The notes under the pieces: model-generated
The model's database searches: none
What the model was told of the DNA's origin: nothing
What the model saw: the letters and a program-made list of their open reading frames with translations, nothing else
DNA from: Basidiobolus meristosporus CBS 931.73
Lineage: Eukaryota; Fungi; Basidiobolomycota
Assembly: GCA_002104905.1 (NCBI GenBank)
Contig: MCFE01000813.1
Coordinates: 1-33,771, forward strand
Direction: 5' to 3'
Length of the DNA stretch: 33,771 nt
Translations under genes and position numbers: made by a program
Shown: piece by piece, positions 1-11,822 of the stretch
Layout: each line of letters begins with the position of its first letter
Numbering within the stretch: the stretch's first letter is position 1

Positions 1-10
1 AGAATTTCAT
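1..10 (-). CDS. Possible 5' end of another secreted-protein gene (ATG AAA TTC T = MKF...) running off the left edge
   Basis: The minus strand reads CCAACCAACA-ATGAAATTCT. This resembles the AACA-ATGAAATTCTC start of the 3102 locus. A TATA-like CATAAATA lies at 44-51 (minus strand). Only 3 codons are visible. Confidence 0.3.
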
Positions 11-1711
11 TGTTGGTTGGGTAACTGATTTGATTGTGGCTCATATTTATGCGGCAAGGTTCCAACTATCCACGTATCTGTCCAGTGCAAATATGGAGCA
101 ACCTTCCATTGTGACTTCCCCCAATAGCAACCGTTTCCCAAGAGCGGATTCACTTTATCCATTTACGCCCGAAGTAAATGCCGCACTCCCAGCGGTATGC
201 GGCCACTGGCACTTATATGGAGTGTACCTCAAGGCATTCTATTCCTGATTTCCATTCTAGTCATCCAATTAGCATGGTTGACTCCGTTGATTCACTCGGA
301 GAAAAAATGGGCATTCCCGGAAAATCAATGGTACCTTACCAAATCTGTCACTTCTGATCATCTACACGATCGACTTGATCACCCAAACCAAAGCTGACAT
401 AGGAGATTGTTTCCTCCACCCTGATTGGTGCATTGGAGGATAAACAACCCGGTGAATGCAAAGAGCCTCGGCATCCCTGCTGGTTGGTTAGCCACTAGTG
501 TTTATAGCTCGAAGCAAGATCAAGAGTAATCTTATTTGACGCGCCCATCGATAGTTAACAGTGCTTCATGTATTATTTTTTGGCTTATCTTTTCATCAGC
601 AGATTACTTCCCAAGAATGTATCGAGACAAAACATAGGAATATGAGCCCCATACCTTGGCAGATATCAATGCTCAATTTTAAGGTCAAGGGCATCCTGGT
701 TGGTTCATCCCAAGGACCGAGCACAATCCTAGGAAAAAACTTTCCTATCGTGCTGATGTCTAAACTGCCAATGAATCTTAGTTGGCGTGCTTCCTTTCTC
801 AGCTGTTGTAAGCTTGAGTAGATACGCTTTATATCAGGAGCGTCCAGTTTGATATTATTGATTATACGATGACGGCTCCCTGATATACTGTCAACTTATT
901 TCGACTATGTAGCCTTTGTATTAGGCTGAAAATTTGGGACATATGGGGTGTAAATGCTGTACCATATCATATTCCGCGTCTGGGTCGAACATATTCTGTA
1001 GTAGGAGCAAACTAGGCTTATCTGACTCTAGCTCGGGGATATCGCCCACGGATGGCATGAGGAAATTCCCCGCCTGGATCGAACGAAAGTTGGGATGGGA
1101 CTAAATTTGGCTAATCAGTCACTTGTTCTGGGATATCACTCCTAAAGAAGGATTTTTTGGGACTGCATGTTCTCAACCGCGGATCACTTGGCATGAAAAT
1201 CGGAGGACCTGTCCGAATAATCAGTCGGCGTCGAAACCGGAGATTTCGGGATTCATGTTACTTGAGATGACTTTGCTATTGTATTGGGATCAATTTTGCC
1301 CAACTCGGGATACTTTTATTGTTGCCAACTCATAGAACGACGGGTCCAGCAATATATGAAACACAACCCTAGTGATAGTTCATCCCATTATTGCTGCGAG
1401 TTCGCGCTTGAGTTGCAAGGTTGCAACCGAACCACTTACGTAAACCATTTTACCTTGATGTATTGGTGGCATCCGTGTGAAATGGCCCGACAATCTTTGT
1501 CCTAACTGCCACCTTATGACGGGCTAAGAATTTGCCCGGAGCTCATACAGTCTAGAGCGTGTTAGTAAGTGGACGATATCATAGGATTTTATCCGAAATA
1601 TCTCGTGTTCATATGCCATCTACTACGTACCCAGCCTAGAATTTTCTGCGTGTACCTCTACTTAAACACGCATTTTCCAACTTGTGAAACATGCCAAATC
1701 TCCAACGTGGC

Positions 1712-2190
1712 TTGAAACTTTAAATTGGGTCTCTTTGCATTCGTGTTATCAGTCGAAGCTAATGCGATGTAACCAAAAAGGTACCAGAAATGTACGCATA
1801 CCGGCCAATACTTGGACTTTATGATGCTGATGATAGTTACGGTGATTATCGGGAGATTTGTCTTGTAGACGCTTAATGCTGTATCAAGCTTGGCTGCACG
1901 GTGAGTGTTCTCATAATCATGAATCGTCTGGATTCCTCGGATTGACATCCACGGTAGATGTTGCTCAAAATTACCTTGATACTTGGCATAGTATACTGCT
2001 GAACGATGCCAATCATATGGCAGCAATTACTGTTAAGTCGTTCGCTTCTCGACACACACTAAGTTCTATCCATCCAGATAAACATTTGGCCTACGAAAGC
2101 GAGATTATCGCTATTGGCTCGCCGACATACGACGTATTGCGCGAGAAGCTTAATTATAAATATTCTATTGGGAATGATAGCGCCCATTAG
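1712..2190 (+). pseudogene. Possible decayed ADP-ribosyltransferase (enterotoxin A/pierisin-like, R-S-E class) remnant
   Basis: Frame 2 gives a broken hydrophobic leader, then KVPEMYAYRP (1790-1804 = MYAYR). After a shift to frame 1 near 1870 it reads LYQAWLHG...SGFLGLTSTVDVAQNY...LSSIHPDKHLAYESEIIAIGSPTYDVL, with ExE at 2095-2103. The order resembles LT-A LYR...GYVSTS...HPYEQEVSALGGIPY. Stops and a frameshift are present. Confidence 0.3.
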
Positions 2191-3101
2191 TAGCCAATAC
2201 CGTGGATAATATATTACGCTAGCGAATAATGCGCATCGACAAGAACTGCTCGTTTGCTTCAGACGGAAAGAAATGCAAATCCGACAGTTCTGTCAGGTTC
2301 CTCTTACTTCTAACTGATTGTAACGACAAAGCGAGGAGATGTTTTCGACGGGATCAACCTGCTCTTATGCTCCTGCATCTCGAATAATCATTTTAACCTG
2401 AATAGGCTTGTTCCGTTGGATAGTGCCATTCATTTTTGTGACATGCTACAGACCATGGCAGCTAGATTTAGAGTGCCATGGGGATTGAGTACCAAATGCA
2501 TGTCTTCAGTCTTTCTGTGCTCTTACACATCATATGCAACATTTATCCCAAAAAAAAGGTCAAAAAGTGGATTTTCTCCAGCACAGTGGGTGAAACACAG
2601 GGGCTACTTTGCATGAAGATGTAGAACTACATTTCACAGTCTGTGGCCAAGTATAGGTCTGCTATGCCTCTCTGGCACACTATGGCACTATTTGGCACTC
2701 ATGGCTCAATGCGGCACTATCCAATGGATCAAGTCTAATAACTCCGGGATGGTTTTCGAGGCAAATCATAGGAGCCGCGCCTTGTGATTTGTTTATGGGA
2801 ATGGCAAAAGCTATTGTTGATTTTTCTTTGCTACTAGCAAGGAAACGTTCATGCCGTACAAATTTCGGTAAAATAAATGTAAAATATAAGGCGATCCTTT
2901 TCCAAATTCACCGTTCTCTTCGGAAAGATGGATTGTAAACTCAACCCTGATAAGTATTTCTGTCGGGTGAAGTCATGATGGAAGGCTACCCCGTATTGGA
3001 GCTGTACTGCCGACGAAAGGCGCCAGATCTCCGGAAAAAGAAAAGTAGCGCGAAGTTAGAGGTCTATGTGGATTACCATACCGTGTATGAGCATATTAAC
3101 A

Positions 3102-3983
3102 ATGAAATTCTCAACATCCATCTCCGCTGGCCTAACTCTTGCTGCCGCTGTTTCGGCCTTGCCATTGAGCCTTCTCCAGCAGTAATGCCAAGAAGGGCAA
3201 AACACCGCTCTGAAGTGTCTCGATGAGCGTCAATCTGATGTGATGTACAGATGTGTCGATGGAAAGGTCGTCGACTATGCTTGTCCAGGGGAGCAAGTGT
3301 GCGTGATGTTCACAATGTGGGGATCCACCAGTGCAGCATGTGCCGAAAGACCCCCAGTCCCGGTAAACACAGCTAAGGCATCAACCCATACCAAGGTAGC
3401 CTCCACTAAGGCTGCGCCAACCACTACCCACGTTGAGACCACCGCCTCCCAGGTGGAGTCGACCACTGTGCACGTTGTTCCTACTACCACCCAAGCCAAG
3501 TCCACCACCACATCTGTGGCCCAAACTTCCACTCATGTCAAGCCCGTTTCCACCAAAGCCGAAGCCACTTCGACCACTGTTTCTGCTCGCGCAACCCCCA
3601 GTGCCACCCCCAAGCCAGCTGTCCACGCCCCTTGTGAATGCAGCCCCATTGACGAATCATCCCCCGTATACATGAACGATTTCCTCATTGCCTTCCAGAA
3701 TAATGGGTACTTCTGGGATGTTGCCTCGCGCAGCCAGGAGTCCGAGCATCGCTTTGAGTACAAGGGTCTGAATGCGGAGGGACAGAACTTCACCGCCATC
3801 ACCACCATTCAGCCTAACGAGCCAGTCGAGGGAGGACTCTCTGTGAGTGGTAAGCTTTATGAGTGCTTCAAGAACTCGGAGAAGACACCTGGCTGGAACA
3901 GCAACGCCCTCATTGCACCCAAGTGCTCACTGTATACTGATAACAAGCTCATTGCTAGCATGGAGCTCACCCCTAGCCAGTAA
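3102..3983 (+). pseudogene. Long-form 6-Cys (CBM19-like) module + S/T/P linker + unknown C-terminal domain, with in-frame nonsense codon
   Basis: ATG at 3102 (MKFSTSISAGLTLAAAVSALPLSLLQQ*CQEGQNTALKC...) is in frame with ORF 3240..3983. A single TAA at 3183-3185 (codon 28) sits where two subtype-A paralogs have TAC (QYC). Collinear with 18511..19248. No TATA box at the usual position. Confidence 0.85.
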
Positions 3984-4769
3984 AGCCTCGGCATTGTAGA
4001 ATAGTCCCCAAGTATATAGAACTGGAGTTTTCCAAGATATCAAGGCATCATCATGTTTGATACAGATATTTAGTAAAAAGCGAAATAGATCAAGCCAACA
4101 CAAGTCTCTTCATATGATTTTTATCTATTGAGCCAGCAATCGTAAATTTATGATTTCTTCTAGTAGAACATATGGGTTGTCGCGATGGCAGTAGTGGCGT
4201 GCCCATTTGGCTGAAATTACACAAATTTCTGAATAAAGGAGCTGGTCCTAAGCGGTGGCATTGGAAATATTGTAGACAGTCTTCCTTACATTTCTCAAGC
4301 TACATTCTTTGCTTGGCACTAAGTAGGTATACATACACAGTATACCTCATAGGGTGATAGGAAATATTCCGTTTCCGAACTCACCCTAGTTTATACACAC
4401 TCGGCCCATCTCATGGCCCGACAAAGAGCGAAGTATGGGATGTAGATTGCCCAGCTATCCAAACTAATCATGTGGGACGAATCCAAATGCTATATCCCTA
4501 CTGAGGCCAAGGAATAAAGCATGACTGCTCGTCCCAAAAACATCCACAAAGCCACTTCTAGCAGTATGGCAAAACAACCGCTTACGCGCCAACGATCCAT
4601 TGAAAAATATTATAGTCACCAACGATCCTCGGAAATGGCCGGTCCAACCGGACGGATTAGCAGTTAATGAATGCATATGTTCTGCACCAATACTGTTGCT
4701 TCCCATTCGTGATCATATTAGCCGGCAAGGATCTAAGACAATGAAGGCTCTATCGCTAATAATGTACCG

Positions 4770-4824
4770 AATCCCATTATGGTGATCACAAATATCTAAT
4801 ATCCGCGTTGCTATTTTGAGCCAT
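4770..4824. repeat. ~55-bp non-coding duplicated block, copy 1
   Basis: AATCCCATTATGGTGATCACAAATATCTAATATCCGCGTTGCTATTTTGAGCCAT; near-identical to 9205-9259. Confidence 0.9.
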
Positions 4825-5280
4825 TAATTCGGGGATTAACAAGAGGTGACGACTGATATTCTCAGATTCGAAATCAGAGATTTTTGTCGAGTTATTCGCA
4901 TAGAATCTGATGAGTCCCACGGAGCCATCACCAACATTTTTTTTTACGAATCCCGGAGCTGTTTTAGGCAAGTTAGTACGTGTCTACTATTCGTATCTCG
5001 GTGCAACAGTTTCGCATCCGTTCCGTACGTGTGCTCGGATACACTATCCATCTTAATGTCCTTTTTCAAGAGCATCCTTGGGATTTGCCTCTCTTCATTT
5101 GGCCGCCTCCTTAAAAAGCGATCCTTGGATTTGACGGCCCTTCACTCCGCCTGTGCTGTTTGGTCTTGGAAGTTCTAGATGCAGGAATCGGAATATCTAA
5201 ATGCGGATGTTCATATTTAGGCTGGAGATTGTTGACCATCGATTGATGGATGAGGAACGTGTGAAGAGTATATAATGCTA

Positions 5281-5288
5281 TATAAAAG
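5281..5288 (+). promoter_or_regulatory. TATA box
   Basis: TATAAAAG, 48 nt before ATG 5329. Confidence 0.65.
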
Positions 5289-5328
5289 ACCCAACAAGCC
5301 ATTGATATCTGTCATTACGCAACAAACA

Positions 5329-5607
5329 ATGAAGTTCTCAACATCCGTTTCCGCTGGCTTGTTTCTTGCCACTACCGCCCTGGCCTTACCATTCGAAAAC
5401 TTTCCGCAGTACTGCCAGGAGAACCTAGATACTGCTCTTCAATGCCTTTACGAGCATCATTCTGGGGTAATGTTCAAGTGTTCTGGTGGAAAAGTGCTTG
5501 ATTACTCATGCCCCGACGATGAAGTATGCGTGATGTTTACCGTTGGGTCATCTACTACCGCCGCATGCACCGAAAGATCTCCAGCACCAATGACTAGTGG
5601 CAACTGA
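5329..5607 (+). CDS. Small secreted 6-Cys protein, subtype A (92 aa), CBM19-like module
   Basis: The true start is the second Met of ORF 5275..5607 (AACAAACA-ATG). It has a 19-aa signal (…TALA/LP) and C-x9-C-x11-C-x9-C-x5-C-x12-C. AATAAA at 5748-5753. Confidence 0.92.
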   Translation: MKFSTSVSAGLFLATTALALPFENFPQYCQENLDTALQCLYEHHSGVMFKCSGGKVLDYSCPDDEVCVMFTVGSSTTAACTERSPAPMTSGN

Positions 5608-7909
5608 CTTAATACTCCATGGCATATTCCGATGGTCTGTCACGGCCAAACTTTGTACATACACCACCGGCATATACAATTATTATTTGCTAGAGTAAGA
5701 ATATTATCCCTTCATTGCTAATGAAATAGATATTTACAACCTAAAACAATAAACGAACTCAACCACTTTATCTTAAAACCCTCACCTTGGATAGATTTGC
5801 TAGGGAAATGCCATGGCAATTGTGGTCGTCGACTAAGATTGCTGTTTATTTTCTTTACGCTTGACAGACTCAGAGATGTAGTCACCACTCACAATCCCAT
5901 ATGATGGAAGCCCCGTTGTAGAACTTCACTTTTGTACACCTTTGATGGATGCGTTAGGCACAGTTCTTGAACACTTTATGGTGATCTCCAGATATCTTCC
6001 AGGGTGTGGTAATCTATAGTCCTATGAATGAGAGAGGACTCTACTCTTACAAGTATTCTACGCAGTATTTCGTAAACCCGTGCACTTTTCTGGAAATACA
6101 ATTTAACCATGCCAGTGTGTTTACATAGAGTCACCGGTAGCCACTCGTAGCAGGTACAAATGGACACAGTTTTTTTCATTTGCTAAATATACGAAAAGCA
6201 GGATATCGTTTTATCACCTACCCACTCACCCTTGATTAAAGCACAGTAGATGGCATATGGATTTACAGGTCTTTCCAACCCATTGGCCCAAGTAATTCAT
6301 GGTATCTTATTGGCACATCCGTGATATATGGCACCATGTTTGCCAAGACTCCATATCGGAGGAAGAGGGCACACCTAATCTACAATATTAAGGGTGCTTC
6401 GAAGATTTGTCATATGGTCATGGGTTCAAATATCTTCAAAAAAGAATGCAGGAATACCTATAACGCTCTAAGATATAGTTTCCATGTAGGGAAGAGCGAT
6501 AAGCGAGATAGGGGTATTTTTTTCACGAGATTTTGCACGGCTCAAACGCCCAAGTGCATTTGACGTGTTTTTTCAGTCTGCGTTTACCATCTTCAGAAAG
6601 CGAGCGGTTGTCTCTGAAGCCTAAGAGATAGACCATAAATAAGTAGGCTAGCGATTAGTGGTGGATGTACAGCATAACCACTCATTGAGACAAATAAGCA
6701 GAGAAATACCAACGCCCGAATCACGCTAGTCCTGATAAGGATCCACCGATTTTGGTTAAATTGCTGTAGCTTTGGTCATTTTGTTTACCATGCTTGTATC
6801 GTCCACCCCAAATTTCTCTGAATTTACTTCGCAACTAGATGCTCACACCCGACGTACTATTCAGCTAAATCTAGCGCGTTGATCACAGTTTCTATAGATA
6901 AACCAGAATGCGCATAGTGTATGGCAACATCGGATACATGCCATGTATGTGTTCTGGTGGGGTGTGTATCAAGTGAATCTGGTTATTCCTAAAGAAATGC
7001 TGATAAGGTTTGATTGGGATCAGCATTGTGAGGCATTTTAGCTGCGCCGGATTTTTGTGATCACGATTATGCTCAGAAAAATTAGTACTGATACTCCCCC
7101 ATAAATGGATCAAATACCCCCTCATATTATTCACTATTAATGTGTAATCGAAATGCACAATAAATGAATGCAAAAGATCATTTCCTGCATGGCGCATTTG
7201 TTGCCAAGGAGCTACCACGATAATCAGTTAATAGCGGTCCAACCAGAATAGGTGGCATCGATATCCATCTATAGGAATCTCACGAAGATTTTGTGATGTT
7301 CCGCTTTGCCATACTGGGCTATATAATTTGGGGAATGTCGAGTGATCTTGTCTATTTTGATCTTTCGGCGGGACAATCTGATTCTCGAGATTTCTCTGGA
7401 GAAGAACCCCCCACAGAAGAGACTATACTATTCATAGAAATACTGCAGATTTCGGGTCTTTTTCCTAGTATGGGTACTGGCGGCTTTTTTTCATCCCCTT
7501 ATGTAGTATTATTGCATTAATAATTGTCTCAACGAGTGAGCAGCTGTCTCAGGTAGTTGAAAGATACACCATAAATGTCCCCAACTTGGAGTTGGTGACC
7601 GCATTGAGCGGACTAATATATTTGGAATGCAAACAAGGAAACACCGGTGCCGATAAGGTTCCAATGCCTTTCAACTAGTTGCTGCAGCATTGATCGTCGT
7701 TTCAGCCTATGCTTTGATTGGGATATTGGGTGAATCAACACCCCCAAATTTAACCTAGTTAATGTGGTCAGGATTTGGCAACAAGGACTGAGTTCATTGT
7801 GAAGGGAGGGGACCTAAACAACCCTGCGAAGATTGCGACTATTGCGTTCGTTGATTTCCCGACACCAATGGGAGTTGACCTACCGTAGGTGGAAGGCTAA
7901 ATTTAGGGA

Positions 7910-7939
7910 GATGATTGCATCGATCATTATCTTGAAACC
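7910..7939 (+). promoter_or_regulatory. Conserved ~30-bp GAT-rich upstream element (copy before 8179)
   Basis: GATGATTGCATCGATCATTATCTTGAAACC. Confidence 0.55.
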
Positions 7940-8130
7940 ACATTTGCTACGGAAGAACCAGTATGCACACATACGGTAAGACAGCGTAATGCCAGAGTAG
8001 AGCATTCCTAGGAGACGGTTCCATTTGTGTTGTTCTCCCATATTATCAATTATAGGTATCGAATGTTATCTGATGACCGTACAGAGCATTGAGTTGGTGA
8101 GGAAAGAAATGGTATTTTGGAATGAAAATG

Positions 8131-8138
8131 TATAAATA
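8131..8138 (+). promoter_or_regulatory. TATA box
   Basis: TATAAATA, 48 nt before ATG 8179. Confidence 0.65.
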
Positions 8139-8178
8139 TCCTGCGAGCATAACCATATCTGATACCATTCAACAAACA

Positions 8179-8472
8179 ATGAAGTTCGCAACATCCATTT
8201 CCGCTAGCTTGATTCTTGCCACTACCATCCTAGCCATGCCATTCGAAAACTTTCCGCAGTTCTGCCAGGAGAACCTAGATACTGCTCTTCATTGCATCTA
8301 TGAGCGTCACTCTGGGGTAATGTTCAAATGTTCTGGTGGAAAAGTGCTTGACTACTCATGCCCCGATGATGAAGTATGCGTGATGTTCACCGTTGGGTCA
8401 TCTACTACCGCCGCATGCACCGAAAGATCTCCAGCACCAGCAAGTGCTTATAATTCACTCATTGCTGTATAG
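8179..8472 (+). CDS. Small secreted 6-Cys protein, subtype A (97 aa), CBM19-like module
   Basis: Starts at MKFATS within ORF 8122..8472. The core is nearly identical to 5329, with a 5-aa C-terminal extension. AATAAA at 8590-8595. Confidence 0.92.
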   Translation: MKFATSISASLILATTILAMPFENFPQFCQENLDTALHCIYERHSGVMFKCSGGKVLDYSCPDDEVCVMFTVGSSTTAACTERSPAPASAYNSLIAV

Positions 8473-8505
8473 CATACTCCGCTGCTTACTAATGGACAAA
8501 CCCTG

Positions 8506-8519
8506 TATATATATATATA
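8506..8519. repeat. (TA)7 microsatellite in the 3' UTR of 8179
   Basis: TATATATATATATA; the homologous position in the 5329 3' UTR is TACATACACC. Confidence 0.9.
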
Positions 8520-8733
8520 ACTAATATCTTCTACAACGCGAGTATCTTCCCTTCGTTGCTAATGTCATCGACGTTTAACAATCTTACACAATAAATCAAT
8601 ACTATCATATCATCTTGCCAAGATCCTCTTTTTGGGTATATCTGCTGGAGAAGTGCTATGGTTATTGTGACTCGAAAACCAAAGTATTTATACATCTCAT
8701 AATACCTTGCTTGTACTTAATAGATGTGTGCAT

Positions 8734-8848
8734 CCAGGAGAGTCTGGGTACTGCTCTGCAATACCTCGATGTATATCACTGTGCCTTCAACCCTCCGGTG
8801 CTAGAAGCATTGTTCATATCTCGACGACAAGATGAACACAGCATATGC
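8734..8848 (+). pseudogene. Decayed internal remnant of the 6-Cys gene family (tenth copy)
   Basis: 8734-8783 matches the 5329 CDS at 36 of 50 nt by manual alignment. It translates QESLGTALQYLDVYH versus QENLDTALQCLYEHH. Weaker similarity continues to ~8848. No signal peptide; Cys lost. Confidence 0.65.
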
Positions 8849-9204
8849 TGTAATAACCTCTGTATTAGTGGGCTGATAACGGATACTTCAGTAATGGCCA
8901 TTCATTTAGATACACCCATTGCAAGCAAACTATTCATTGCTAAATATGTACCAAATCAGAGCCAATCTATCAATTTCTTGTATGAGTACACGAATTCTTG
9001 CGGCAGCATGTATGACAAGATAATAGTACAAACACTTAGGGAAAATCAGGGAAATCATGAATCATCGACATTTGCTACATTTTATTACCACGGAACGCGT
9101 ATAATCCGCGGCAATTCCCTTGTTTTCCATTCATGTGTATTTTAAAATGAATTACCTGGTAAAGATCTACGATATGAAAGCTGTGTCGTGCAAATATTGG
9201 ATCA

Positions 9205-9259
9205 AATCCCATTATGGTGACCACAAATATCTAATATCCGCGTTGCCATTCTGAGCCAT
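9205..9259. repeat. ~55-bp non-coding duplicated block, copy 2
   Basis: AATCCCATTATGGTGACCACAAATATCTAATATCCGCGTTGCCATTCTGAGCCAT. Confidence 0.9.
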
Positions 9260-10201
9260 AGAATTTGAGAAATGTTTGCCCCACTTTCTGCTGCGGTAAG
9301 GTCACTCGAGATTTTCTACGGAGCGATTTCACGAGGAAACAGAAGAGCATGTACTCACCGGAAGATTGTTTCTTTATTAGTAATAAAGGATGCATAGCCA
9401 AGATAAGCAACATGTTTGTTGTTTTTTCCACATTCACCACACAGTCGCTTTCAATAACAGATTGCATTTTTGTGCTGGATTGGAACGTATTCCATATGTA
9501 GTCACTGTTGGGTTACTGCACTCTTATCTACAATAATAGTACTCCAAGGTGCTTGTCCACCTTCCAAAAGATTTCAAGCAGTAGGCTCATGATTGGGCAT
9601 TTTTCATGGGCTTTTTCTGAGCTCAGAGATTACGGGCTAGTCAGCAAACTGTGAAATACTATTGACCTCGATCTTTTTTCCAAGCGCTCTTTCTTCAACA
9701 TACCCCATTGTATGTAACCTCCTATCAGGAAATGGCTGCTCAACTTAATTGAAGGAAGCGTATGTTTGGAGATTCTAATGATCTGGACCCACTATGGATG
9801 GAAATAAGCTTTGATAAAGACATTAACTTCATCAGACAACCGGCTTTTCACAAGCATCTTGTATTCAACATATCTCCAGTTGCTACTCTACTCGCCAATC
9901 AAGATGGAGCATTTGATACTGATCGGAGAGAACACCGGTACTGGCTGTGGCATCAATTGTTATCTGGACATCGTTTCTCTGATGGTTGCAAAGCGTAGTA
10001 TGGTTCTCCGTATTAGGCCTATTCTATTCACCGGACAGCATGGCTAATGCCGATCGTGGTGAAACCTTTGGAAATAATGGCATTGATGGATACATTCAAC
10101 CTTCTCTCATATTGGTGTCACCACCGGGTAAAGTTGACTTAAAAATCTCACCAACCAATCGGGTTGAAAAGTGCATATTTCCCAGAATCGAATTTAATGC
10201 T

Positions 10202-10231
10202 GATGATCGCATCGGTGGTGATCTCGATGCG
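10202..10231 (+). promoter_or_regulatory. Degenerate copy of the GAT-rich upstream element (before 10625)
   Basis: GATGATCGCATCGGTGGTGATCTCGATGCG; same offset (~420 nt) as the copies before 12206 and 16610. Confidence 0.4.
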
Positions 10232-10552
10232 GTATGGAAGACATGTGGATCATGGTGGTACATATACGGTTTCCTGGTATGCAGCTCCGAGTGAATCCAG
10301 CACAGAAGTCTATTATGGTCGAGATACCAATATTATTTTCGACCGACTACCCGAAATGAAGTAGTGATGCCGATTTTGGTCGGGGTTTCGCGTTTGCGTA
10401 CTTGACGCCACCACCTATCAAATCCGTTTTTCTACCAGGTAAAATGGACGTGCTCCAGATTTGCCAAGATTTGCAACTGTAATGCAACTGGCGGTCGAGA
10501 GCCATGGCTCACCGGAGTAAGAGATAATTTGCTAATTGTTTGAATTTGAAGG

Positions 10553-10560
10553 TATAAGTA
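10553..10560 (+). promoter_or_regulatory. TATA-like box
   Basis: TATAAGTA, 72 nt before ATG 10625. Confidence 0.5.
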
Positions 10561-10624
10561 TCTTACGCTACTCCCATCAAGATTCAATAAGCTATCACTA
10601 GCATACCTGACAACACTACAAACA

Positions 10625-10903
10625 ATGAAGTTCACCACATCGATCTCCGCTGGCTTGATTTTCGCCACCACCATTCTGGCCCTACCATTCGAAAACTTTC
10701 CACAGTACTGCCAGGAGAACCAGGACACTTCTCTCCAATGCCTCTATGAGCATCACTCCGGTGTAATGTTCAAGTGTTCCGGTGGAGAGGTGCTTGACTT
10801 TTCATGCCCTGGCGATCAAGTGTGTGTTATGTATACCGTTGGCTCATCTACTACCGCAGCATGTGGCGAAAGGTCCCTGGCTCCAGCAAACTCTGGCAAT
10901 TAG
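10625..10903 (+). CDS. Small secreted 6-Cys protein, subtype A (92 aa), CBM19-like module
   Basis: MKFTTSISAGLIFATTILALPFENFPQYC...; same Cys spacing. ACAATAAA with AATAAA at 11047-11052. Confidence 0.93.
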   Translation: MKFTTSISAGLIFATTILALPFENFPQYCQENQDTSLQCLYEHHSGVMFKCSGGEVLDFSCPGDQVCVMYTVGSSTTAACGERSLAPANSGN

Positions 10904-11792
10904 ATCGCCTCTTGAATTGCCAGCAATGGCCAAACATTGTAAATACACCTATAATATGCACAACTAAGTTGTAGTCATCACTTGATATTTGATGTCAGCG
11001 AATCAGCCAATATTGATATTACATGTAATATGTTACAGTCATGAACAATAAATGCGCATTAACCCATCAATTTCATGAGAATTTCACCCACGGGACCGTG
11101 GAATTTCCAAAATACAAGCATTTTCAATCACAGTACACTTGGCCCAGGAAATTTGGGGACATAGCGTCTATCACCGATAAAAAGGATTTGCAATGTCCAT
11201 TCATATGTAAAGGTCGATACCGGTGATACCAGTACATGAAGGAAAGATTGGCTTCAACTCTCTCCCCCACTGGCTAAGAGGGTGCTGTAACATTCGGATC
11301 CATTTGTGGGAAGCAGATTAGTGTGATATCGACATTCTGTGTGTAAGATGATGATGCTCGATCCTGTGCCCATTGACTAAATGTTCAACCGCGAAGCGTC
11401 AATATACATCACTGAAATCGTCATATGGCAGGATTTCCATTTCCTTTTTGATTTGGTCTCCTCCTCATCAAGAGATGATATTCCATATACGAATTATGCA
11501 CAAAGCCATGGATGGATGGAAATTCACACCATCGAACTATTGGCCATGAATTACTATTCAGGTGCTGATAGAGACTGATTGCTTTGGTCGCTTTACTAAT
11601 CCGGACAGTGGGAGTTTTACCATGCACTGATTATGGCAAGTTTCGTGTATTTTGAGGTTGAGGCATTCATATGATTAATATCATGTCGGCATCTACTGTA
11701 TTGTGTAGTTCATTTACTTTTTCACACGCCAATCAAAATCCACATGGTGGTCATGTTTGAAGAGCCCCAATTCTCAAACCAAATCTAGTGGT

Positions 11793-11822
11793 TCTGATCA
11801 CATCGATCGTTATCTTGATACC
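11793..11822 (+). promoter_or_regulatory. Conserved GAT-rich upstream element (before 12206)
   Basis: TCTGATCACATCGATCGTTATCTTGATACC. Confidence 0.55.

Noticed and set aside
3275-3808. ORFs 3275..3532, 3381..3626, 3533..3808 (minus) and 3433..3675 (plus)
   Set aside because: Shadow frames of the Thr/Pro-rich linker and C-terminal domain of the 3102 locus.
8615-9145. 176-aa ORF as a real gene
   Set aside because: TTG start, no signal peptide or recognisable domain. Only its 8734-8848 part is explained, as a decayed family remnant.
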